A stretch of DNA of 64,000 nucleotides from Vitrella brassicaformis CCMP3155 (taxonomy: Eukaryota > Protista > Chromerida). Position numbers and translations under genes: made by a program. The DNA is taken from the NCBI GenBank assembly GCA_001179505.1, contig CDMY01000831.1, forward strand, positions 1 through 64,000, written 5' to 3'. Positions 37,334 through 48,967 of the stretch are shown in pieces; the first letter of the stretch is position 1, and each line of letters opens with the position of its first letter. The notes under the pieces were generated by a model that worked only from the letters and a program-made list of their open reading frames with translations, had not been told where the DNA came from and did not search any database.

Positions 37334-40300
37334 GTGTCGACACTCACTCACTGCTGCTGTGTCTCTCACGCCTGTCGTTGATGGATGGATGGGTGCTGAT
37401 TGAATTGCTCGACTGTTGATTCTCACATTTGCTCGATCGTCGTGTCTATGTACGCAATCGTGCCTGTCGCACCGGTCGATCCGTTAGACGTGTGTGTCTC
37501 ACTCCATGCCATGCCTGTCATCTGCGTCGTCCTGCAAACGAGAAAAACTCCTCCGTACGCAGCCAGCCAGTGAGCGCATGAATGAAGTATGAATGCGTGT
37601 CGCCCAGCTGCAGTCATTGCTCGTACATATCTCCGATTATGTACGACAGCAACAAATATTCACCACACGTAGCGGAAAAAGTAAAAAGCACCAGATTAGA
37701 GAGACGTAAAAGACACGCATATACGTCTGATGTCTGGATCGATGACGGTTGTGTCGTCATATGTAATACACTTGTCCGCACGGGAGCTCGGTGGCAGGTG
37801 AACAATGCAGAACAATGCCAAATCCCTCCCCCGAAGCACGGAAAAATACATATATATCAATGTCTCATCGACGCGCAAGGGGAGAAGGGTCGAGTGGGGA
37901 AAGAGGTGAGGAAGGGGCACTACACGAGGGAATGGATAGAGGGGAGCTCGAGAGAGGACAAATACAGACGGGAGGTGTGTCTGCATACGAACGGATCTTA
38001 TATGACCTACGCACGTACGAATGCAAAACAAAATCCTCACGCACCTATACACACATGCACATAAACATGCATTCACTATATACGGAGGGGAATACACGAC
38101 GCAGACAGGAGGGGCCGCCGTCAAAAAGTGCCCTGCCGGTCGCATGGTCAGTGGCTTCTCGCGGCATGTGTCAAAAAAGGGTCGGCTGCACAGACGCATA
38201 CGTAATTACGTACACACATACATGAACCTATTTCCATATTTATATGTATACGTGTTGAGATAGGGGCGCTGTGGCCGGGGGGCGGGTGGGCAAAAACAGC
38301 ACGCCGCGGGAAGGGGGAGACACACTAGGGATCCATACATGGACTCAGGCATCCATCAAGGGAGGTAAGAAGCATTCACGGTCGGTCGGTCGGTCGGTCA
38401 TTTGCGTGAATGAGCTGACTAAAGACAAAGCACATCACAGACACCTACGAGCGTACATGCACCAGCCATGCAAACAACAAGCACAGACGCCCACACACGG
38501 CCACCGCACGACACCACGGCAAGTCACGATACACAGATAAAGTTGGTTCCTTTCTGCCATATGACGCACACAAACACCCAAACACACGCACAGAGGGAGA
38601 AAGAAACACAGAAAGGAGGGAAGAGCACAGGCAAATACGTCCACGCACTTGACACCGCTGGCTGTGTATGGTCAGGTATGACTGTACTGGTGTGCTAGGA
38701 ACTCGACAATCCAACAAGTATGTTGCAATACTGCTCCCCCGTCCATCCATCCATCCATCAACCGCCAGCCTGTCTATCCATCTTTCCATCTCCAGTGGGC
38801 AAGCCTCCATTCTTTGAGGCTTCCCTTCCCACAAGCGGTCAATCAGTCGAGTCAAGCGAGAATGCACCCCACTCTCCGCCCCCCCTCCCGCATTCATAGG
38901 ACATTACATCAACACAGAAGAGGTAAGAAAACATATCGGCCGCCCGTTCGCTACTGTCTCCCCCTCTCCTTCAGATAGCCGCCGGCGTCTTCTGACCAAG
39001 GCACGGACACACAACGCACACAGTGCATTCATCAATGCATCGAAGCGATAGTCCACATCAAGCGCCACGTACGTCACGTCAGCAGTGTGTATGGTATGCA
39101 CTGCGCGTCAGTAGCCAAACGGGCCCTCTTGCACTCTCGCGCACGCTACGGCAAAATGACGTATCCCTCATATCCACACAGGCAGCCAGCCGTCAAGCTG
39201 GCTGCTGCAGTCAGGCAGGGGCGTTCGCAGATGTCAAAAACTACAACAATCGTCGCAACCATCCCATCTTCACACACGATCGCTCCATCCATCCATCCAA
39301 CCATGTACTCGAGGCATTACCCTCATCCATTGAGCCATGAATTGCATGCAATGAGCCACGAAGTCATTTGCAATCAGTCACGCACCAAGGGCATGCAGGC
39401 AGCAGCGGGGGCTCGTTATCTTTGTAAGGGCATGGCCGCTCCAAAGGTTGGCGCGGCTGCCACTCAAAAAACACAGGGGAATCGACACTCAGCCAGCCAG
39501 CCAGCCAGCCAGCCGGCCAGCCAGACGTCCAAACAGGCAGGAAGGCAGGGAAGGAAAGAAAGAGGGAAGGAGCAAGCTCGCGCGAAAATTCAGGGAATCC
39601 GTCCGTCCATCCATCGTGTATGTGTAGAGCTGTAAGTGCGCGAGTGAGGGCATGGCACAGCGACTGAATTGTAAGCGAGCCGGGGCCCTCCCAAGCCTCC
39701 CTCAGAACGAAAGGCAGACAGACAGACAGACAGGCAGACAGACAGACAGAAAGGCTAATGCGATGTATGTGCCCTTCTTCGTGTGGGCGGGTGTGGCGTA
39801 TATGTGTGTGTGTGTGTGTGTGGACAGATTGCTACAAATATGTCAGTCGAACGAAGGGAAAGAGGTGAGGACGCGTCCGTGTTGTGTCTGTGAAACAGGT
39901 GTGAAATAAACAAACGAAAAAAGACAGGTGCGGGTGTGAAAGAGTGGGCCATCGATGCATCCCTCCCTCCCTCCCTCTCTGCCGATCAGGGCCCCATTGG
40001 TACGAATCTGATGTTTCTTTGCGGATACAGACGATATAGGCAGACAGGTGGACAGACAGCATCATGAGACTAGGTAGGCAGACTCAGGGACGCACGAACA
40101 ACCCATTGATTTCACCCGTTCATCCAATTACGTCGTTGCATAATTCATGCAGTGAGAGAGTGACAGAGTGAGGGAGGGGGAGGATGTGCATGTCATGATA
40201 TAGAGGTGGCACTCTTTCGTATCATGCGTACACACACACACACACACTCACACACACGTATACAGACTACACACACGTACACACACGTACACATACATAC

Positions 40301-40910
40301 ATATAGACGTCACGTACGTATACATCGGTGTAGACGATCTGTCTGGGAAGGACACCCACCCTTCCACAACACACACACGGTGAAGTAGATACGATATAGA
40401 GTCATTAGACTACCGAAGTAGGTACTACGGAGGTCGGAATATATCCTATGGGACAGCTCTTGAATGCGGGCGTACGAATGAAAACACAACATCGGACGAC
40501 AGGCGAAAAAAGGCGACCGAGCCAGAAGGCAGAAAGTGCGTGCGCTGTGGGGATGGGGTAGTGTGGTGGGCTGTGAGTATGCACCAACACACGCTATCGC
40601 GTGAGCCATCGGATCGATGCGGTGCTGTCTTGCTCTGTAAGCAGTGAGTAGAATGAGTGCGCGTCTGTGAGCGTGTGTGTGTGTGAGTACGTACGTGTGG
40701 ATCTGCCCATGTTCCCCCCCGTGTGCACCATTCATTGATTGATCGACAGACAGGGTGCCAAAACACCAGACCAGACCAGACCAAACCAGCGTTCCTTTAT
40801 ACCGTATCACCGTTCCCAGCCCCCAGCCAGCAATTCATCCATCCATCCTTGCAGCCAAGTACAAATCCTCCCTATCTGTCCGTGTTGTGGTGCCCCTCCC
40901 TCCCTACTCC

Positions 40911-42135
40911 TCATATTGGCTGGGCTGAGCCAAAACAAGCTCTGCACACAGGCAGGCACAACAGACAACAAGGCGGGCCATGTGTATCGATGGATTTGTG
41001 TGTGGCAGTCTCGCTGTGTGCGGTGCGAGGGCCCGTACCTTGTTCCGAGATGAATGCGTGTGCAGACAGGATGGCGAGTGGCGAGAGCCTCATATAAGGC
41101 AGGTACGCCATGGGCGCCGCCATTCCACTCCCCATCACCATCTGGCACGGCGACTGCACCCGCGTTGCCACCACAGGCTCGTCCGCACTCACAGTAGCCG
41201 GCGCGACCGCACTGCCCTCGCCCCAATCGCCATGCGCGCGCTGCTGGTGGTGGTGCTGGAGATGGTATGAGGGGGGCATCTGCATCTGGGTGGTGCTGGC
41301 CTCGATGTTTGGCGGGGGCGTCATGGCCATATCGCGGCGGTGTGCGTCGGGGTGGCCATTGCTGTTGGCAATGGAGAGCGGTGGCGTGGTGGTGGTGGTG
41401 GTGGTGGTGGTGGTCGTTGCGGTGTCTGTGAGGGGGGAGAGGGGGGGACGGGTGTAGTTGTGGGTGTGGGAGGGGGACAGGTGGCTCTCGCTCGGGCTCG
41501 TGCTGCTGCTGCTGTGGCTGCTGTAGCTGCTGTGCGCCAACAGCGGCGCCATCGAATACGCCAGCGCTGAGCCACAACGCACCGCAACAAAAACAATGAG
41601 GGGGGATCATCTTCGCTGACCGGCAGGCAGGCTGACCTTTGTTTCGTCGTATGTTTTTCTTCTGCTTCTTGTTGTGCTTCCAGTAGCGCGGGTCAACCTC
41701 GATGTCCTGACAGCAGCAGCAACACGCCACACAGACACAGACAATCAGGCCTACTGCGTTGCCGGCTGACTGACTGACTGTCTGACTGTTTGACCTGATA
41801 GTCAGGCCTGGGCCGCAGCTCGCTCTCACTGTGAGCGAAGTTGCACCGGTCCGCACGCACACAACGGTCACCGGCCAGCCACGGACACCTGCAAAACACA
41901 CACGAACACACAAACAACCACGCGCAGAGAGGGAGGCGTTGGCTGCTCCTTCGTCTGCCTGTTGCCGGTGACGTGTGCGTGTGTCTGCTTACATTTTGGT
42001 CTTCTGGAATACGTTCCTGAGGTGTTCCTTCTGCTTGGTCCTCTCCTCCTCGCTCATGGGGACGTCATCTTTGTCCGCCGAGGCCGCCGTGGCGCCCCGC
42101 TTCGGGAGGGCGGCGTCGAGCATCACCACCAGCAT
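40911..42135 (-). CDS. CCCH zinc-finger RNA-binding protein with a low-complexity tail (ends approximate)
   Basis: Spliced VFQKTKM|CPWLAGDRCVRADRCNFAHSESELRPRPD gives a C-x-C-x5-C-x3-H finger with a KTK lead-in and ELR follow-on. Confidence 0.7.
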
Positions 42136-42558
42136 TGTGGAGGGCTCGACGGGGTCATGTGAGGGAGGGAGGAAAGCAGAGAAAGCGTCAGCCCGAGACC
42201 AGAGTGGGTTTAACGCTCACACTATTTCGTCCGTCCATCGTAACCATGGATACTCTGAAGCATGCACCCTCCCCTCTTCATCTCCACAACAATCCTCTAC
42301 ACAAGCGCACGCCAGGAGGGCCACCAGCAGGCAGGCAGACACACTCAAAAAATTTACCAATTCCTGAGCGGCGGGTCTCAACAGCCACCGTCGCGGATGG
42401 ACACCTCTCACACATAATGCCCGTGGCTGGGCGTGTGTGCCATGGGAAAGAGCTGACAGAGTGGCGCGGCAGTAAGCTGTCGGACACCAGCCGGGGAGGG
42501 GGCGGGGCGGCACCGAAGCCCACGAAGTGCCACGGGGCGTCGCATGTCGTCGACTTGG

Positions 42559-43637
42559 TCAACGGGGGCCATTCTGACTCCCACACTCTGAAAAAAGTGC
42601 ATCAAGGCACACACATACACGGAAAGATCCATGAGTGTCTGAATGGCTCCCCGATCTGCTCTGCTGACCCAGCTTGGGTGAGTCGGAGCTCAGCGAGATG
42701 GCGAGAGTCGCCTGCCCGCAGCAAGAGTCTCTCTGGCTGCCCGCGGCCGACCATGAGCATGACCGGTACAGCTGCGGAAACGACCCATCGATGCTCTCTC
42801 CTCTATCAGCTGCTGTCGCCGCGGGGCAGGTGTGTGGATCGCGGCGACTGGAGTCATCTTGGCGAATGGCCGTGTAAGCGTCGCTGATGGCATTACAAGA
42901 GGTCGACAGAGAGGCTGACGAGGCCGCCCTGGATCTCAGACACGCCACACGCGAGTGACTGCATTTGGTCCCTGAGGCCATCCCACCGATGAACAGCATA
43001 ACATAACAGGGTCCGTGTTCATCGGTTTTTGCCCGTCTCATTGATGGTTGCTCATTCTGTCCACAGTATTGTCCATTTGTCGACACGCCTCGACCAACTG
43101 ACAAGACCCGAAAGCAGCAACACGGTCACAAACGCGACATCCTCTGTCGGACTTACCCCATCCAACCTTATCTCCGCTGCAGCATCACTGTCGCTGACGC
43201 CCGTGGGGTAACTCCTGACACACACGCGAGTCATCGATAGCTTGTGTGGATGGATGGGAAACATTGCTCTTGGGTGGTCGGCGGACCTGATGAGAGTCTC
43301 CCGGTCGCTCGTCAATGACAAGAGGTGCTGGGCGATGCTGTCAGTGTAGGTGTAGGTGTGGGCGTCTCGCAGGTAGTCGAGTACCAGCAGTCTGGTCTGC
43401 TCATCGATGGTCAAACTGAGGTCCTGACAGACAGACAGAGAGGGAATGAGTAAGGTGGCTGTCTGTGCGGCTGTGTGCACCGCATGTGCGTATGTCAGTG
43501 AGCCGTCGATCTCCCTGTCTGTGTGCCGTCCGCCTCACTCCTGCAGTCAACACATTCACGGCACGAAAGGCCCTTTTCACACATGCCATGGCCTCTCTCA
43601 CAATGGCAATGCCCTCACCGTTGCTGGGCAATGCCAT
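42559..43637 (-). CDS. Hypothetical protein (end uncertain)
   Basis: ATG 43637 (MALPSNGEG) and codon-like exons DLSLTIDEQTRLLVLDYLRD and PTEDVAFVTVLLLSGLVSW. No recognised domain. Confidence 0.35.
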
Positions 43638-43758
43638 TTTCAGTCGGCATCCGCAGAAAACATCGCGAGGCGATGATCGGACCGACTCGGACGAACTAGC
43701 CGAAATCTTTCTGAGTCAACAGCTGATGCGGATCTGTGTGCTGCGAGAGAAAATGCGA

Positions 43759-43877
43759 GCTGAAACCCTAATCTCGACAACCCGAGACGGCGAGAATTGC
43801 GGCGGGAACGCGTCTTATTCGGAGTGTTATCATTCCCATCGTTTTTTCCTCTCGTGCGGTGAGAAAAACCTGCCACT
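43759..43877 (-). repeat. Inverted copy of the 28883-28987 repeat
   Basis: Direct sequence comparison. Confidence 0.85.
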
Positions 43878-44106
43878 ACCGGCTCTCTGAAGTGCAGGGC
43901 CGACCTTCCTGCGCAACAACAGCATCGCCGGTGAGAATGCACGGCTCAAGACACGCTTTCGACACATGTGCGCACGGAAGCGGCCGAATGCCCCGAGATC
44001 ACCGAGATCCCATCCATACATCTCTTCTGTGGGTGCATCCCTGGCTGTACATGTGGTTGCAGGTAGCATTTCGGAGGTTCAGTAGCTTTTGGGTGGAGTT
44101 TTCGTA

Positions 44107-44831
44107 ATGTCGCGGTCCTCTGCGCCTCTCAAAGTCCTCGCCGCCCGGCTGCAGAAGGACCCGGCACGGCGGCACATGAGCAACGCGCAGAAAAGAAAGC
44201 AGTCCCAGGGTGAGGCGGGTGGGGTGGGCGGCTTGCGTGACCATTCATGTGGCCATCGGCGGCTGTTCTCTGTCTGCTCTGTAGCCAAGGCGCGGGCTGC
44301 CCGCGAAGAGGAGGCCGAGAGGAAGGCGGCACAACAGTGGGCGGAGATAGACAGGATCACGGAGGCGTCAGTGGACCTGCAGGAGAAGGGTGAGAGGTGG
44401 CTGGAGATCGACCAGATCAAGACGGCCGCCAACATGAGCATGAAGGAAAAGGGCGAGGCGTTCAAGCGTCTCAATAGCGGCACCCATCTTACCGACGAAA
44501 TGATACAAGGTATCATCAAGTTCTTCGTCGGTACAGAACCATCAGTCAGTCCATCCATCCATCCATCCGTGTGTCATGCCTGTGTTTCTTCATCGTGTGT
44601 GCGTTGTTCGCAGGGTCGGAGCACCTCTCACCGTTCAAAAGCCAGCAGCTCAAGGCGCCTCCGACCCGGAAGGGCCAGCCGACGGGCGCTGCGGGCGGTG
44701 CCATATCGTCTGGTGGCGGGGCCGGTCGTGCACACATGTTCACGGCGAGCAACCTTCCTTGTCTGCAGCAGATTGCTGTCTACATTTTATATTCGTCAAC
44801 ACGTGCTCAAATGGATGGATGGACTGGGTGA
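44107..44831 (+). CDS. Hypothetical family protein, short tandem unit 1
   Basis: MSRSSAPLKVL...; exon IDQIKTAANMSMKEKGEAFKRLNSGTHLTDEMIQGIIKFF is nearly identical to the exon in the next unit. Confidence 0.45.
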
Positions 44832-44993
44832 CCGAGCAAGGCCCCGATATGTGTGAGAAGATGCACACAAAACACTAAGGGCACAATAACCATGTGGTGT
44901 CTCTGGTTGTGATGCATATATGCAGAGTGGAGAGGGAGCGATGGCAGTGGGAACGCACCTCGATGGCCTGCCTGCGAGATGAATCGGTCGACC
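44753..44993 (-). repeat. Inverted copy of the 26401-26657 repeat
   Basis: Direct sequence comparison. Confidence 0.85.
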
Positions 44994-45185
44994 TTTCTGA
45001 AGCAACAAATCGTCGCCGGTAAGAGTGCACGCCTCACGAGTGCGCTTAGGACACAGAAGCCGCCCGAATGCCCCAAGATCACCGAGATCCCATCCATAAA
45101 TGTCTTCTGTGGGTGCATCCCTGGCTGTGTACGTGGTTGCAGTAGCATTTGTGGCGATTCATACGTTTTGGTGGCGTTGCGATTG

Positions 45186-46817
45186 ATGTCGATGTCTCGG
45201 CTCCCTCCCCAGAAAGCCGGCACCAAGAAGGGCGTCGCCCCCCCGGCGCCCAGCCCGTTCCTCGCCAGCAAACAGAGCAGTCAGCCGAGCCGACGGGTCC
45301 TGAGCAAGTCCGGCTGGAGGAAGATGAAGCAGGGTGAGGTGGGTGGGTGGCTTGGTGGGTGGCTGACGCACGTGTTCATCCATGGGCTCTCTGTCGTGTG
45401 TGTTGTGCTCTGCAGATGAACTGCAGGCCAAGAGGGAGGAGGCGGCCGCGGAAAAGGAGCAGCAGCGGCGGCGGGAGATCTACCAGATCAAAACGGCCGC
45501 CAACATGAGCATGAAGGAGAAAGGTGAGGCGTTCAAGCGCCTGAATAGCGGCACCGATCTCACGGACGAAATGATACAAGATATCATCAAGTTCTTCGCC
45601 GGTACAGAACCATCAGTCAGTCCAAAGGTCGCAGACTTAGGGGAAGGAATGCTCACACATGGTCGTTCGTGTGTTGTGTTTGTATTGTGTTGTGTTTGCT
45701 GTTCTGACTGCAGTGCGCCGCCCGAGGCATCTCGCCCGAGGCCCCCAGTTCTACTCCATCGATTTCATGAGCCCGGACGACATCTTCGACGCCATGTGAG
45801 GAATTCACATACACGTTGGTGTGTGTGTTGTGGTTGTATTGTGTTTTGTTGTGTTTGCTGTTCTGACTGCAGTGCGCCGACCGTACTCGAAAGCACGGCG
45901 AGTGGGGGTGGCCCCCGCTTCTACTCCATCAACTTCCTCATGTCGTTCAAAGACAAGGTATGTTTCTCCGCTCCGTGCCGGCCGATATAGACAAGACACA
46001 ACACAGACAGATCTCGACAGATCGACATCTCACCCAGACACTGACTGCATACCAGTGTCCAGTGCACATCACATCTCTGTATGTGTGTGCTGAGACGAGC
46101 ACGGATCGTTCGCTCTGCGTATGTGGATGGTGTGTGTGCAGGTCGACGATGAGCCTGCTGCCGGTGAGGGGACTGGCGGCCGCGGAGCGTCGCTGGTTGA
46201 CCACCAGAGGGTCATCCTTCGCGAGGAACTCAACTCGCTGATCGCCCAACGGCACCCTGACCTGGCCGGCAAGGTCAGGAGATACACACCTCACCCCACA
46301 CACACACCACGCCAGGTGTAACTCACCGCTGCTGCTGGTGTTGGTTCCGGAAGGGCACGCACCGGGGTTGTCTGTGTCTCTGTCGATTTCATTCACTCAG
46401 GCCGTCGAGCAGATTGACACCAGATGGATGCCCAAGTACGGCAACCAGGCCGTGACGAAGCTCGACTTCGTCCCCCTCCCGCCCCTGCCAAGCGCCACTG
46501 AAGCCGCTATCGTCGCCTCGCCCACCACTCTGCCACAGCCCGCCGACACAGCAGCATTGCTGCCTACATTTTATATCACGATGTCTGTGTTCTTTCCTGT
46601 ATCCGTTTCTGTTTGTCGCAGTAACTTGTTGGGGCACCTCACGGATGGCTGTGCAAGATCTCCTTGGGGAGAAGGGCATCGGGGTGGCGACCCAGAATGT
46701 ATGATCACGACGAAGCGATGTCGCAGCCACACACGCGCCCACCTGCAATGTCATTCTGTTGCGGTTGCAGGCTGCGCCTTTTGTTCTTGGTCCGGGAATC
46801 TCAACTTTGGGAACTGA
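45186..46817 (+). CDS. Hypothetical family protein, tandem unit 2, with a YxxxxL(phi) motif and an MLLE-like fragment (end uncertain)
   Basis: IYQIKTAANMSMKEKGEAFKRLNSG exon, then exons PQFYSIDFM, PRFYSINFLM, QRVILREELNSLIAQRHPDLAGK and AVEQIDTRWMPKYG, joined with compatible splice phases. Confidence 0.5.
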
Positions 46818-47509
46818 TGGCCGGGTGGACAGATGTATGCGTGTATGGCTGCTGGCAGTAGACGTTAGGGAACTCAGCCAAAGGATGGAAAGACACAAAG
46901 GGGCCCCCGCAGCCCGATTGCGGACGAGAAGACAAGTGTGTGGAAAGGGAATTGAGGGGGAGCGTCGGTCTCCTCTCGTGTTTTGCCGTGGCCGTCAGAC
47001 AGACGAGCAGTCGCCACTGCTGCTGTCGCGAACAGCCCGCGGTATCTCCCCATTGCGGTCGGACGCAACTCTCCGTCTGTGAGCAGCTGAGTGGCGCTTC
47101 CTCTTTGACGGCAAGAAGAGTGCGTGGGTGGGTGGGTTGAGGTGTTGGTAGATGGAGGGATCGGTGTGTGACATGTGGTGGCGAGGCGATGTGCGTGTGC
47201 ATGTGCATCTTGGACATGACCTGCATTCAGTGGTGTGTGTGTGTGACCGGCGGGGATGGTGCGAGATCAGATCGTCATGTGTGTGCGACTTTCGCTCAAT
47301 CCTCTCGTCTTCTGTTTGACTGACCTTAATATCGTACGTACAAGTAAGTCATCTTAACGCGCACACATCTATGTGAGTATGAACCCGCACAGTAACTAAA
47401 CAAACAAATCGTTGGACGGAAAACGGCACACTGTAGGTAGACATACAGACGATTCGCCCTCCACTACAGGACCACTGCCACCCCCCGTGTGGCGCACACA
47501 AGGAATTAG

Positions 47510-48096
47510 TTAGAATAAGGGCGGCAGCCTTATGACAGCCAGCAGGAAAAGCCCCACCAGGACCGCTCCGACAACACCTGACATCACCGTTACAGCGGCT
47601 AACAAGACTCTGACACCCCATTTCTTCAGAGGCTCTGCACACACACACACACACACACACGAACACACACATATGCACAGAGAGAGAGAGAGCCGTGTGT
47701 GTGTGCGAGCCTGCGTGCCTTCTGTCTGCTTGACGAGCTGCTGCCGCCGTTCAAAGAGGGCGTTGCGCGTGTTGAGCTTGGTCATGAAGCCCATGTCCTT
47801 CGCGAGTGCATCCAGCTGCCGGTCCACCTCAGCTATCTCCCTGTACACATCGACCTTCACACACACACACACACACTGCCGTACACCGACATCTCATCTC
47901 GCTTGACCTCACCGACTTGATCGGATCTCATCGCAACGATGTGGTTGGCACGACGGCTGGGGCGGCTTGGTGTGGTGCGGGAGAGGCGGATGGCCGGCGG
48001 GTGCACATACGCACAGCAGCAGACCTCAGCCAGGGGAAGAACGACAACATGACCAAAGAGGATCAGCACCAAGACGGACAGGCGTCCCATTACCAC
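47510..48096 (-). CDS. Small protein with a coiled coil and C-terminal TM helix; possible N-terminal signal peptide (start uncertain)
   Basis: Exons VYREIAEVDRQLDALAKDMGFMTKLNTRNALFERRQQL and KWGVRVLLAAVTVMSGVVGAVLVGLFLLAVIRLPPLF*. Confidence 0.5.
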
Positions 48097-48967
48097 GTCC
48101 CGCGCTGTGCTTTGTGTAAGTTGTCGCCTTTGTGTTGGACTCGTAGATCAGGTGTCTGGTCGTCCCCTTTCATCAACGCACGTATTCCTCCTGGTCAAAT
48201 CTCGAAAAAGCTGCGCTTCGCTCTCAGGGCAGATAGGCGCTGATGTTTCTCCTTGAATGGAGAGAGGAGGCAGATCTGCGCTTCAAGCTCGCAAATCGGA
48301 TCGCGCAGAAGGGAGAAAAAGGGCAAAAGGGGCAGGAAGGGGGAAGGAAATGCAAGGCAATACTTTATGTGATGGGTGTGTGCAGTTTGCAGGCATCTGA
48401 TTCATGGATCAGCCCGCTATCTGGGGGCTTGTGTGACATGTCATTGAGTCCCACGTGCTGTCATTTGGCCGCACGACGCATCGATTGAATGCATTCACAC
48501 AAACGTCGGGATATAAAATGGAGGCGGCCATGCTGCTGGAGAGGCAGCCTGCAGACAGCCCCCCGCAAGTGCGACACACAACATTGCTGCCTACATTTTA
48601 TATCACGATGTCTGTGTTCTTTCCTGTATTCGCTACTCGATGCCGGGCTGTATGTGGGCGTGGAACAGAGTGAAGAACTTTCATCTGGGTCGATCTATCA
48701 AGTCTGCACTCCAGAAATGGCGGTGTACATGAGTTGAAACTACGTGCGTCTCCATGCACACGAGAACTTTGAGGCCGGTACTTTGACTCTGCAAAACAAT
48801 CGCTTTCACACGTCAAAAAGACCAGGAGAGCCCCCTGTCCGCATGGCATCGATCACCCGACACACTTATAAATCCACCGTTACTCATCGACACACAGCAT
48901 ACACACACACACACACACGCCAGGAAGCAAAGGGTAGCGCATAGATTACCAACAAAACTGCATGCCA

